Translations under genes and position numbers: made by a program | In this document: piece after piece, positions 18,113-31,200 of the stretch | Position numbering within the stretch: position 1 is the stretch's first letter | How the letters are laid out: every line of letters starts with the position of its first letter | Assembly (NCBI GenBank): GCA_030692045.1 | Contig: JAUYCX010000119.1 | Coordinates: forward strand, 25,688-89,687 | Direction: 5' to 3' | Origin: Candidatus Omnitrophota bacterium | GTDB taxonomy: Bacteria > Omnitrophota > Gorgyraeia > JAUYCX01 | Length of the DNA stretch: 64,000 nucleotides | Notes under the pieces: model-generated | Database searches by the model: none | Told to the model about the DNA's origin: nothing | What the model saw: only the letters and a program-made list of their open reading frames with translations

Positions 18113-18982
18113 ATGATAATCCTTATTACATTATTAATTTTTATGGCTGTATTTCTTCTGGTGTACTTTATTCTCTCTAAAGGCAAAACTGCTGATATTA
18201 AACCGCCTACACTTCCCTTGGAAAAGGAGATAAGTTTTGAAAAGAAAGGGTTTATGCGTAATTTATTTTCTCACATTTCACTAATTAATAAACCCTTGGC
18301 TGGAGCATTTAGGTATGGCTTATCACGCAAATTATATTCGGCAAAAATAAAGATTTCCATAGAGGAATTTTTCCTAATTAAGGAATTACTAATTATAACT
18401 TTACTTGTTTTATTTTTACCAATGATAAAACAACTTAGCCCGATTTTTTATTTAGTGCCAATTATTGTGGGCTTTTTTCTGCCGGATATCTGGTTAATTA
18501 TGAAAATAAAGGCAATTAAGCAAGAGCTCGTAAAAAATTTGCCAGATGCCATTGACTTATTGAACTTGTGCGTAAATGCCGGCTTAGATTTTATGTTAGC
18601 CCTAAAATGGGTGATTGATAAATCCCCTGCCAATGCCTTAATTGATGAATTAAATTTGGTGATGCAGGAGATTAATTTAGGCCGTCCCAGAAAGGATACC
18701 TTAATTGATTTAGCCAAAAGATATGATATTGCAGAGTTATCTACATTTAGCCGCACCTTGGTTCAGGCAGACAGGATGGGCACCTCAGTAGCCGAGGCAT
18801 TGAATATACTCTCTGAGGATATGCGCTTGAGTAGATTTCGTCTGGGAGAGCAGATGGCTTTAAAGGCGCCCATAAAATTACTTTTTCCGCTTTTGGTTTT
18901 TATTTTTCCAGTGGTAGGGATTATTATTGGCGCGCCGATTATTTTACAATTTTTGCAGACAAAGACATTTAGCGCGTTTTAG
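18113..18982 (+). CDS. tadC: Tad inner-membrane platform protein TadC (start re-assigned from 17987)
   Basis: LPDAIDLLNLCVNAGLDF...EINLGRPRKDTL...QADRMGTSVAEAL...KAPIKLLFPLLVFIFP. Confidence 0.9.
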   Translation: MIILITLLIFMAVFLLVYFILSKGKTADIKPPTLPLEKEISFEKKGFMRNLFSHISLINKPLAGAFRYGLSRKLYSAKIKISIEEFFLIKELLIITLLVLFLPMIKQLSPIFYLVPIIVGFFLPDIWLIMKIKAIKQELVKNLPDAIDLLNLCVNAGLDFMLALKWVIDKSPANALIDELNLVMQEINLGRPRKDTLIDLAKRYDIAELSTFSRTLVQADRMGTSVAEALNILSEDMRLSRFRLGEQMALKAPIKLLFPLLVFIFPVVGIIIGAPIILQFLQTKTFSAF

Positions 18983-19021
18983 AAAATGATTACACAGAGA
19001 TTTCTGAAAAAAGATAATTTA

Positions 19022-19211
19022 AACACGAATGGACACGAATTACACACAAATGTCCACGAATTTAATATTTTTTGCCTAATTTGTAAGCAGATTTTAAAAG
19101 TGTTTATTAGCTTTGATGAAAACAATTTTAACACGGATTACCACGGATTTTTTACGGATTTACACGGATTTTATCCGTTAAATCAGTTCTTTTATCCGTG
19201 TATATCCGTGT
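19022..19211. repeat. CACGAAT and CACGGAT/ATCCGTG palindromic short-unit repeats
   Basis: Repeated CACGAAT at 19022-19061; ACGGAT x4 followed by ATCCGT x3 at 19130-19211, just upstream of the giant ORF. Confidence 0.75.
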
Positions 19212-19243
19212 CTAAAAATTAATTTTCAACAGTCTCAAATAAG

Positions 19244-22200
19244 ATGGACCAAGGAAGTAACAGACAATCTGAGAGCCAAGATACGATAGGCAAGAAGCCA
19301 TTTAAGAGTAGCTTTAAGAAGTGGCTTAGAATAGTTGCCTTGATTATAGTGGCTGTGTTTTTGCCTGAGCAGGTTTCCTGGGCAATTGAATATAATCCTG
19401 CTGTGCTCTGGAAGAATCTTATTTTCCAAGGAGCCAACTATCAGCATAACTTAGCCGCTAATTTTAAAATACCTAACCAGAATGTCAAGGTTCCCAAAGA
19501 GCTGATTATTGCCGAAAATGTCAGGCAAACTTTAAAGCAGTTTGCATACAAGACTATAAAGGATGTGCAACTTGCACCCAATCTAATCATTAGCCCTGCC
19601 AATGACGAGGGAGTCTTCTTAACCTCAACCAAAATCCAGAAAATCTATGAATGGTTAATTGACCCAGAAACTAAGCTAATTAACTGCGCCTCCCAATCTT
19701 TGCATTTCATTGATGTTCTCTTAAGTGGCTATGGAATAAAGGCTTCCATTGAAGAAATGTCCATTCTGGCAATCCTCACTGATATCCTTTCTGGCAATAT
19801 TGAGGAATATAAAGGAAGATTATATTTATCAATGTATAGTATTATGCAGGTTGCCAGGAATTATGGCTTAGACCTCTATCCCACCAAAATAACTCCTGAT
19901 TATTCTACTTTAAAAGCCTTACGAACACCATTTATTGCGCATTTTAATCAGCCCAAACATTTTGTGTTAGTTACTGCAGTTACTGAAGAAAAGGTTTGGA
20001 TGATTGAGCAAGGAAATACCCCAACATTCCTGCCTTTAGAGAAATTCTTCAAAGAAATAAGCGGCTATGTTTTAGTCGGCAAAGCTGATAGCCCCAAAGG
20101 CCTTTCCTTAGTTACGCCTGAGCAAGCCAGAGAGGTTTTTGGCGCTGGCAGAAATGATGTTTACAGATTCCGTACTCAGGACTTAAGGCAATCTCGGCCA
20201 ATAATTAACAATAACTATCGGACTAATAGTAGATTTGCCTCGGCAATGCCAAATAGATTTGCCTCTCCTATACCTCGCACAAGTTTACCTAAAATAAGTC
20301 GGTCTAACTATGTTCTGCCTCGACAAAGCCCGCCTCAACTTAGCAGGCCTGCTTCTATTAACCAAAGTAGAAATGCTCTTGCGTATAGCAGAAGTGCGCT
20401 GGCTTATAATTATGGTAATGCATATAGCAATTATCGAGGCGGTGTTGGTGGCAGAGTAATCTCTGGTGGAGGTAGCAATGGTCGGATATTTGAAGACCGT
20501 TCAAACCTATTAAGAGGACCGAGCATGTTTGATGTTTTGTTAGGTAGTTTGATAAGTATTGGATTTGCCTTTATACCAGTGCCAGGAGCCCAAGCTGGAA
20601 TCCTATCTAAAATTCCTATGGCATTTACAATGGGGCTTTCTGATTTTACCAGTGCATTCGCCGCTTATGGTGTTTATAAATGGGGTTGGGACCCTGCCTG
20701 GGCGCAGTTTGGAGCAATGGTTACTAACATTGCCATACCTATGGGTATGCAGAGGGTTATGGCGCCTCGCTTGGAGAACTTGCCTGCTGGTTTTATTGGA
20801 CCACGCAACATTTTGCCTAAGACTCTGGGCTGGGGTTTAGCTGAATTGGGCAAGGGTTTTGCCATGGGTGTTTTAATGGGTTCAATTAATGCCGGCACAA
20901 CCTTAGTAGTTCAAAATGCTTTAAAGGGTTGGAAGACTAATCCCGCAGTAAAACAGGCAATGATTTCTCTATTAGGCACAGCTATTAGTGTGCCTGTGGA
21001 GTCTTTTGTTTTAGGCAGTTTAGGTGATAAGAGTCATTTTGATTATAAAGATAAAAATGGAGAATTTCACAGCCCTAATTTTAAAAATGAGTTGTTTAGC
21101 CTAAGCAATGGCTGGCAAGCTCTAAAATTCAGTCTTAAAAATCCTGAGTTTCAGAATTTTATGATTTCTGAGTCAGTCTCTACGGGAATTATATATGGCG
21201 CCTACAAAGCTGGCAAGATGAATTCTCCTAACAGTTTGATTTTAGGCAAGAGTATTGGGCAGGGTCTTGGCCAGTGGTTGGGAAATAAATATTCGCCTAT
21301 ATATAATCCCAAAACCGGTAAGTTGACAGAAAATAAATGGGTAAATCTCCTGATTAATAGTTCGCTTTCAGCAGGAGCATCAATTGCCTTAAGTTCTTGG
21401 CAAGGCAAATATATCAGCAATTTAGGCAGATACGAGAGGGGAAATCTTACGCCTTTGCAAGTTGAATCCATTAATTTCTTAGCCACAAATTTATTGTCCA
21501 GTTCTATATCAAGCCTAAGCGGAATAAGCCTAAACGGTTTGGAGAAAGTTGAATTTTGGGGTGAGTTCAAAAAGAATTTCATAAATGCCGCAGAAAATTA
21601 TCAAACTGTAGGCGGCTCAGCAGAATTTATGGCGCTTGACCCTCTCTCCACTACTGAAAATTATTATAGATTTCAGGTTGCCAGCAATATTTTTAGATTG
21701 AATAGATATGCGACGAATCTAAATGATATGGCGGGAATTTTGGATTTACCTCAGCGCGCAGATAAAATCTGGCGCAGAATGGAAAGGGAAAATAAAAGAT
21801 TGTCACAGCCCCTCTCTGATAAAGAACTGCGCAAAAAATGGCGCGAAGCAGTTAGCGAAGATATTAAAAGTAATGCCGGCGTAATGAAATACACCACCTC
21901 TGTTTTGCACCAGCAGGCAGTGCAGAATTTAACTGCACCCATAAATCTGGGCTTGCAGCTTGGCTTAGGATATTTAGGTCGTCGCATAGAAGCAATCCCT
22001 CATTTTGGTAAATATTTAAGATTTGAAACCGGCGGCTCTGTGAGAATTAAGCGCTCAATAGAAAAAGATATGTTTCAGGATGCCTTTCCTGCTCTGGATG
22101 CAGGTAGAATTACGCAAGAAGGTGGCAAGTTATTTTATACAGAAGAAGCAGATGATACGCCCAAGGAAATAGCTAAGTTATATCCAGAGTTACATTCAGA

Positions 22201-25200
22201 AGTAGATGAACCAAGGGAAATTGGTTCAATTTGGCAGGATGAGAATGGTGTATTTTATATTCAGCCCCTCCCCCTCTTCGGAAAAGCAACCCAAAGTTAT
22301 GATATGGAAGGCAGCGGTCTTATTGCCGAAGGCAATTTACCCATAATTCCTGGTTCTCAATCAGCCGAGGGTTATTCTGCGCGCATTCCCACCAAAGCCA
22401 CGCATCTGCAAACCTATAAGCAGCACTTAGGATGGTTAGGTAGGTTTGCGGATAAAATAGGAATTTGGAAACCCTCTTCAGATTATGACCCTAACCGTGT
22501 TGTAAAAGTTGATGCCCTGCAAGTTAAGAACAATTGGTTTGATAAAAAACTTCTCACAGGAGTGAATCAATCCTTTCTTCAATCTGTATCAGAAAGTAAG
22601 CAACCTGCAGAGGCTAAGCTGCGTGCATGGAGAGTGTATGACTTAAGAAACAAAAAACAATTAATTGGCTTTTTTGGCATAATCCCTAAGAAAGGTGAAG
22701 CGCCAGGCATATATCAAGGCGGTAAAGTCATCGCACCTCTTTTTGCCACTTGGGTAGATAAGGGAATACCGCAAGCGGTATTTAAATTTGGAGAGAAATT
22801 AGCCTTTACATACACAACACATTCTGCAGGCGCTCAGAGTACGCCAGCACAACCGTTTATTCTTTATGGCAGTATCAAGAAAACAGGCGAAACAACTTGG
22901 CAGATAAACCAAGGTTCTATAGTGCCATTTAACTTAACTGCCGGAAGAAAAGATGCGTTTGGTTCTCCCTTTGCTGTTCAAGACGGACAGGCTTTGCATA
23001 CAATTCCTCAATCGTTTATTGCTGACCTTATGAAGCCTAACTCCTTCGAATCTCATATGGGTTTTGCAGGCGTATCCCCACACAAACATTTAACTAAACC
23101 AGAAGTTCGTTATAAACCAGGCGTAGGCTATATTCCTTTACCTGCATCCCCTGTTTCCCAACAACCTACTGTTTCCCAACAACCTACTGAATACAAAAAA
23201 GAATCACAATTAACTCAACCAGGCGTAGGTCTTGCGGCTAAACGTTCCTTTGGTTTTTCTTCCACAACTACTGAGACCACACTACAGAATAACATTAACC
23301 AAATTGAGCTTTCTGGATTTACTTTAGGCGGCAATCCCATCATCACGCAAACAGGCACAACTTTTGCGCCCTCCAGAAGTTTTATTTCTGGTAGCTATGA
23401 CAAGCCTTTAATTACAGAAACCCGTGTAACCACGCACACTATCTCTAAGGAAATGGGTAGTTTGGCTATGACTACTATAAACGGCCCTGCAGCCGCTGCA
23501 GTTTCTACAACCAGCGATATCACTACTACTGTAACCGATAGAACTTTAGAAACAGGAAAGGAAATACAAATCTCCTCGATGCATAAGCCCGCTTCAAGAA
23601 AATGGGAAACTGTAGAAGGAGAGATGCCTAAGGGCACAAAAGAGCATGAAGAAACTGCAGAGCAGACACAAACCAGATTGTCTGGCAGGCATTCTCCTGG
23701 TTCTAGACCTCCCTGGTTAACCTCCCAGCCTTTGTCAATGCCTTTAGACACTGGCGTTATTCATAAGCTTGACATAACCGATTCTGGAAAGGGCTATATT
23801 GATATAAAACAAAGATGGCAAGAGGCAGGATATTCTCTCGCAGGTGTGGATTTATGGGGTCAACGCTATGAGCAGCAAATGACCTCATTTACCCAAACAC
23901 CTTTAAACACAAAATCCATTCGAGTGTTTGCCGATGAGAATTACTTTAGAACTCTTCCAAATGTAAGCAAAAGCAAGCTGGATACAGCTTTTATTCAGGG
24001 ACACCTTGAAAGACAGGGCGCAACAGAGGTAGTAGTGAATGCCTTTGGAGAAGCTAAATCTTTAGGAGGAACTGCAGGTTTCCAAAGAGACAACCTAACC
24101 CTCAACTTCTTCGCAGCAGACAAACAAGGCAGCTATTCCTTAAATCCTTTCTTTTTTACAGAAAGCCGTCTTGGTGAGGATTTCTACCAAGGCACAGCTT
24201 ATATTCACCGTCAAGGCTTAAAGAGAGACGATAAACAAGGCACAATTACGGCCCAGATAATGCGCGTCTCAACCTCTGGTTCTATGAGAATCTCGCAGTC
24301 AGCAGAGAAGGAAATGTTTCATAATGCCTTTCCAGGATTGGATGCGAGTAAGATTACTCAAGAAGGCGACAAACTATTTTATAAAGCGGGAGACAAACCT
24401 AGAGAAATTGGCTCTATTAAGCAGGGCAAAGATGGCGCAACTTATATTCAACCCTTCTTTGGAGGAGTAACAAGACGTTATGATATGACAGGCAAAGGCG
24501 GACAACATCTTGCACAACAGGATTATTTTGAGGTGGATGAACGTCAAGCCAGAAGACCAGAATTTACCTTCAAAGCTGGTCAAAAATATAACATCGGCAC
24601 AGGCAGTAATTGGAAAGGTGTTAACTTGAGTGAGGGTGCTCAGGGTGAGATAGAAAAAGCAGCGCTTTTTGGTGATGGAAGCCTAATCCATCCGCCTATG
24701 GATTCAGATAATCATCCAGTTGAGCCAATTGCCTCAGGACTTTATATTGGCTCAGACTTTGGCGGAAATTTTTCTGGCTGGGCAGTGTATGCAGATGCTG
24801 GCGCCAGGGCTCAATATCGAAACTGGGGCGTTGAGATTACCAATAAATTAGTTTACTCAGGTCAAATGCAAAATATCACAGAAGCTCAGGCAGAAAAACA
24901 AATGGCGCATTCCAGTAACTCTAAAGGGTTGTTTGATGCAGACAAGGTTTCCTGGTGGCAGCGCGCAATTAATCCAGAAACCGCTAAGTATTTTGCTGAC
25001 TACAAAGAGTATTGGCAGTATCATGAAACGCATCCAGGTAGCCAATCCAGGTTAGAAGCAGAATTCAAAAGCCCTGAAAATAGAATGGCAATCATAAATA
25101 ATCAGCCCACAATCACAGCTTTAGCTGAGGTTAGCTTTGATAAGATAGGCACAGCTGTTGAGGAGGGCCATTGGGTGATGCCCAATACAGGATTAGATAC

Positions 25201-28200
25201 AGCCACCATAACTTATATGCCGGATGGCAGGATTAGCGGCAACATTCACAATTTTGATGTTATCACCCAGCAACGTGTTACGCAGGCAAAAGCGCTTATG
25301 GCTTCAGGCAAGCGTATTATTGATGAGAGAATGTTTCAAGATGCCTTTCCAGGATTGGATGCGAGTAAGATTACTCAAGAAGGCGACAAACTATTTTATA
25401 AAGCGGGAGACAAACCCAGAGAAATTGGCTCTATTAAGCAGGGCAAAGACGGCGCAACTTATATTCAGCCTTTTGGCATAGGAACCAGAGGCTATGATAT
25501 GACAGGCATAATTCCAGAGGAGACTGCGCAAGGCTTAGAAAATCTCGGTAAAGATTTTAATAGAAAATTAGTTGAGAATGCCGAGGTGATTGTTCCGGTT
25601 GTCGCATTAAATGGCCAACTAATTGAGAATAGTGATATTGTAACCCTTCACTCAGGATTAGCCTTATTTACTAACCCGCAAGAAGCAGTGCCTTATCTAA
25701 CTCCTGAAGGAGATATGCCGCTTAGACTATCAGATTGTTTCTACCAGAAAGCTCGCAAGGGTTATGAGGAGCTCAGGCCTGCTTTAAGAACAATGCAAGA
25801 CCTCTTTGCTGACATAGGACTTTTAGGGGAGCAAAAGAAAGATACTTCTTCTAAATACGCAACACTAAGAATAGCAATAAATAACTACCTTACCCAAGAC
25901 GCAGATTTTAATAGCCTCTCAAAATCTGGTTTGGTGGATATCACGGGAAATGTTTATACCAGCCGTCTCCGGTCAGAAGGTATTGCACCTTTAAGAACAG
26001 CTCCCCTTACTACGGGTGTAATGCGGTTTAATCCAAATACGGATACAGTGTATTTGGGAGTGCAGGCGCAATTAGGAGGCAAGGCACAAGGAAGTCTTTA
26101 TTTGTCCCCTGAATTTACCAACGTAGACCCTGGTTTAATGTTAGGATTACAGACCTATAAAAATTATGACCAGGGCTTGATGCGCAGTATTGCTCCGCAA
26201 GAACAAAAGCCCCAGGACCAATCTGCCCCAGAAAAGTCTAATCAGCGCGGTTTTGATATGGACATCTCTCCTTTTAGGTCAGCCACACACTTAACCGGCT
26301 TGACTTCACAGCAAGGCGCTGTTTTAGCTAACCAAGGCACCTTGGAATACCTGCATTTTGGCCAGAAACTGCATAAGAATTTTGGTCAGGGCACAATTAT
26401 TGAGGGCGAGATTGAAACCCCTCATGTCGTGGTTCCAGGCGCTGAGACATCTGCCGATGGTACGTTTAAGGTTACAGAGATTCACACTGCTGATAAATTT
26501 AAAGGTATGATGATGTTTGGCGGTAGAGAGCGCGGTGGCATTGCCACAATCGGTGAAGGGTTCACTAAGACAAACTCTGAGCCATCAATCTCACTCATTG
26601 CCAGAGGATACGCTGGAGGTCTGGTTATTGCCAAGGTAGTGGCAGAACTAAAAGACTTAGGTCAGTATAATGTCAATACTACCTTAGGCAACAAGATTAG
26701 TGGCAATGAAAGAATATTTTTCTTAAAAGACACAAAACAGGCAAAAGGAAGAATGGCAGCTGGCATTGCCGGCGAAGGACAGAGATTAGAAACCGGAACA
26801 GTTGGATTAGGCTTTGAACCCATCAAGGACTCAAAAGGCAAGGACTTAAAAGGCGCCTACGGCTTGAAAGGCGAAGGCACAGGTGTGGCTCTCTGGGATT
26901 TTAGTAGTTTATTACCCCTTGAGGGCTCAGGGACTCAGGGAGAAAAAATGAATCGCAATGTGCGTGGCTTCATTGCAGAAACCGCAGCCAAGAAAGGTAA
27001 AGTATTTTATGATGAAGTAGTCCCCAAATATATCCCCTATTATGGCTTATTTTCCAATGGCCCAATAAAAGGATTAGACTTTGGTCCTAATCTTTCTGTC
27101 TATGCACCAGACAAGAATCTTAGTCAGTGGGACATTGGACTAATTCAGCGCACATTAAATATCAATGAACAGGGTATCTCTGAAATTGGAAATATAAACG
27201 TTAGTTCTGCCACACTAAGCAATTTAAGAAATAATACACCTCTACACACCCGAGAGGTTATTAGCCAAGAGGAATGGGACAAAAAAGAATTACAAGAGCC
27301 AGGATTAAAAGAGACGCTGCGCGACAACAATAATTTCCGTTTTGGCAGAAACCTACTAATTAATGACATTGGTCCTGGCACAAAGATGCTGGTTGTGCCA
27401 AAAGGAAGAGGTGCGCCCAATGAGTTCCACATTGATTTCTTTAAAGAGGTAAATGATGGCCAAATAATTCCCGGCAGAAAATTCTGGGTAGAAAATAAAG
27501 GTCAAGGCATTCTTTCCTTTGATATCTTAAAAGAAGATTTAGATAATTTCAAGATGGCAGGCCTGAAAGCAGATTCTAAGAAGCCAGATTACTTACTCTA
27601 TAATGATTGGCATGCTTATATGTCAAAGCCGGCAATGACACGTTACATTGGCTCAGGTCTTTATTACGGTGTGAAGGCTTATCTTAATGAACATCCCAAA
27701 CAAAAAGTAGAAGATGTTATGAAAGATGTCTTAACCGACACCTTTAAAAATTTACGCTTAAATGGACACACTTTAGATAGTCAAACTTTAGATAACTTAA
27801 CTTCTATTGTTTCCCAGTTGTTTGATTCAAAGGTCAGCCAGAAAAATAGAGATACACTTTTAGCTTCATTAGGCGAAGAAATTGCTAAGATTTCAGGATT
27901 AGATAAAAACCCGTTTTTGTTAGCACAGGTATATGAAAAACTGCAGCCAGTGATGGATGCAGAGGGAAAAGTTGACCATTATCGCATTACCGCAGGTGTT
28001 GAAGGTTACAAAGAGCTTACTGCTACTTATGATGTGCGATATGAAGATTTACCTACTGTAAAAAAAGATGGAACACCTTTAGGCGGAAGCACACCTTATA
28101 TCCTTGCCGGCCAGCGTTTTGCTGCACCATCTGTTCAAGGAGTGATGTCAGGTTTTAAAAGCGATAAGCCAGATGAGCAACTTACGCCATCGTCAGACCC

Positions 28201-31200
28201 AACCGAGCCATTAGAACGAGTAAATGCCACAGCCGAATTAGACTACCTGGGAACAAATTCTAAGGAAGGCATAATAATTGATACTCCCTGGATGTCTCAA
28301 GTGAGTGTAGGTGCAGGTCCTGATGGTAAACCAGTTATTCGTCTGTTTGGTTTACAGGATGATACCTTTAACCTTGAACATTATGAAATTGGAAAAGGCG
28401 GTGCCTATTATGGCTGGGGCGGCGGGATTTTAAGAGACTGGTCTGGAGGTTCAAAAATAGATTTTGTCAAACAAAAGGGCGAAGATGGTAAGGAACAATA
28501 TGTTCCGATAATTAGGGATGGTGGTATTAAGAATGGCGGTCAGTTTAGGCCAGTATTTGCCAATGAGCTGGGTATTGTGGATAGGAAGATAGATGTGGAT
28601 AGTGAGACAGAAGCAAATGGCACTTTAGCCCTGCTTTATGGAAACAAGGGTTGGTGGAAAGCTGATGTCAAAGAAGAAAATGGCAAAGAATATAATACCT
28701 TTACTCCTTTAGGTCTTCTTTTATTTACAACCAGTCCTGATTTAATCCAGTCTGGTCATATTGCCAGTGTTTCTGACTTATATGGAGTCAAAGATTATTT
28801 AGCCGGTAGTTCAAATCAGTTTAATTTTGAGAAGGGTAGTGCGCGCTGGAATGAAAAAGCAGGTATTACATTATCCTTTACAAATCCTAATTTTGGCGAT
28901 GGCAAACGTTTTGATGTTTTGCTTCACGGCACCAAGAACAAGCCATCCCCAGAAGCAAGTTCAGATAGTCAACCTCAAGTAGTTAATGATTTAGTGGGAA
29001 CTTATAATAAGGATAATAAAGGTCCTGCACAAGTTGATTATCGCAATGTTGAGGTAGCTAAAACAGAATTTCCCGACGCAGAAGAGGGTTCAATTAAAAA
29101 CTTTGCCACAGCAGAGATTGCCAAAGAAGGTCTGGCTCTACAGCCATTCCAAACAGTTGCTACTTCTGCCTGGGGTTTGCCAGGGGTTGCCAGCTTAGCC
29201 ACTGTTTCAGCTGGTCTAAATACTTTATCTCTGACACATAATCTAAAAATTCAGAAGGGTAGTGTTTATATCTCGCCTCAGGGAGAACAGGTTTTTGGAA
29301 AAGATACATTTGCATATCAAACACTAAAGCTAACTGAAATCCCTAAGGATATTCAGAAAAAAGTAAATTATTTAGCTGAGCATACAGGCTTAGGAAAGCC
29401 TAAAAACTTAGAAGGCGAGGTTACCCTGTATGGCCAATTTGTAATAACTGATAAGGGTAGTAGTTTTGTTCCATTTTCTTCTGACTTCAATATTTCTTCT
29501 CTGGGGAAAAATGGAGAAAGGCATAAATTTTATATTCGAAAAGATTCTGAAGGCCGCATACGTTCTTTTGATATTCCTTCTATTACCGATGAAATGCCTG
29601 AGGCAAAAAAGAGATTAGAAAGCCTGCAAATGACAGCCTGGAGTGGGCGCGCTACAAAAGACTTGCTTAGCGGGATTTTAAACTCACCTACAATTCTTGC
29701 AGCCTCAGTTTTGATTCCTCCTCTTTCTGGGGCAAGAACTTTAGGAATAGCCCGTTCAGGAGTTTCAGCAGCATCAAAATCATCAATATGGCTGCGACTA
29801 ACCTCAAGAATATGGACAAAGGTGTTAGGAAAACCTTGGGGTGCAGTGGGCTTTGCCAACGCAGGAAGAGCTGCTAAGGCATTGGGCATTGCTAAGGTAA
29901 TAGGTAGAGTTGCAGGTTATACAGCAATTACTACTGGGACAAGTGCAGTAGGAGCCTATCACTGGGATAAACATTTATTAAAAGATGCACATTTAGAGAA
30001 AAATATAGAAGCTCAGCTAAGAGAAAAAGGTAAGCAAAATATTTATAACCCCTCTGCGGTAAAATCCTTCTTTAAAGGTACATTTTTAACTCCTGGCAGG
30101 AATTTATTACGTACCCCCTTCATAGCCAACTGGTTGGGCATTCATAGCCCTAACATTGATGTCTTATCTTCATTTGAGGCATTTAATTTTAATGATTGGG
30201 CTTATCAGCAAGGTTTATTAGGTTTGCCCTTATCTTACTCTGCAGGTGCTTTACGAAGCTGGCTAAGCGTAGCCACATTTTCTTCACAACTTAGCTTTTT
30301 ATTAAACCCCTTAGGAACAGGAAAAGAATATTATGCCATGGCAAAAGGTTTAGGCTCTGGAGCGTTACTCGGAGAAGGAGCAAGATTAGTTGACATCGCA
30401 TATTTATTAGGCCAGTATTCAGGTGCTAGAACAGGGTTTAAAGGCATAGGCAATAGCTTAGAAAGGGCTCGCTCCACATATCAACTAACAGGCAGATTGT
30501 CTGGTTTAATGACACGAACAGAGCAGCTCTTTAAGACCACTCCCAAATTTATGTTTGTAAATACAGCCTTTGGCTTTATGCTTCCACTTTTAAAAGGTGG
30601 TGAAGGTATTTCTCCTGAAACCCTATCCAAGAGTCTAAAGGCAGTGGCTTATCAGATGGATACCATCATCAAGTCTTCTTTTGGTATGGCTTTAACCTCT
30701 GAACTTTTAGGCTTTGCCATAGGCAAAGCAACAAATAGAATTCCACAACTTAATAATTGGTCAACTTGGCAGACAATTGGGTCTGGTGTTGGCTTGACAG
30801 GTGTAGGTTATGGTTTATTACCTTTGTTGGGAAGAAAACTTGATGGCAGGCTTGGTAATGTTGTTTCTGATGCAGGCATATTTATTGGTGGCATAGGTCT
30901 TAGCTTAATCACAAAAGGCATAACCAAAGGTATTGTTGATAGTCGCATTGGTAGAGGATTAATAGCTTTTGAAGATAGGGTAGATAACTGGGGGCGTTTA
31001 GCAAAATATCCTACAAAGTTAGGTTTGGGTTTGGTCAAATTAGGTGGTAAATCCTTCAAACTTACTGCTAATGCCTTTTCCACAGGCAGCATATGGTATG
31101 GTGCTAAAGTAGCAGGAGTGGATTATCTGATAAGTTATGCCCAATATTGGTTACAAAAAGGCACTCCCCAAGAAATAGCCAAGCCTTCTTATCTGGATAA

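Noticed and set aside
16773-19222. ORFs 16773-17003, 17869-18111 and 18986-19222
   Set aside because: They are translations of palindromic intergenic repeats (e.g. NPKSEARNPK, TDYHGFFTDLHG) and are not credible proteins.
23151-23189. 18-bp tandem duplication (VSQQPT x2)
   Set aside because: An ordinary in-frame linker slippage with no sign of function.
24324-25467. Possible diversity-generating retroelement TR/VR pair
   Set aside because: There are only two differences, both synonymous; both copies are coding; no reverse transcriptase is present in the window.
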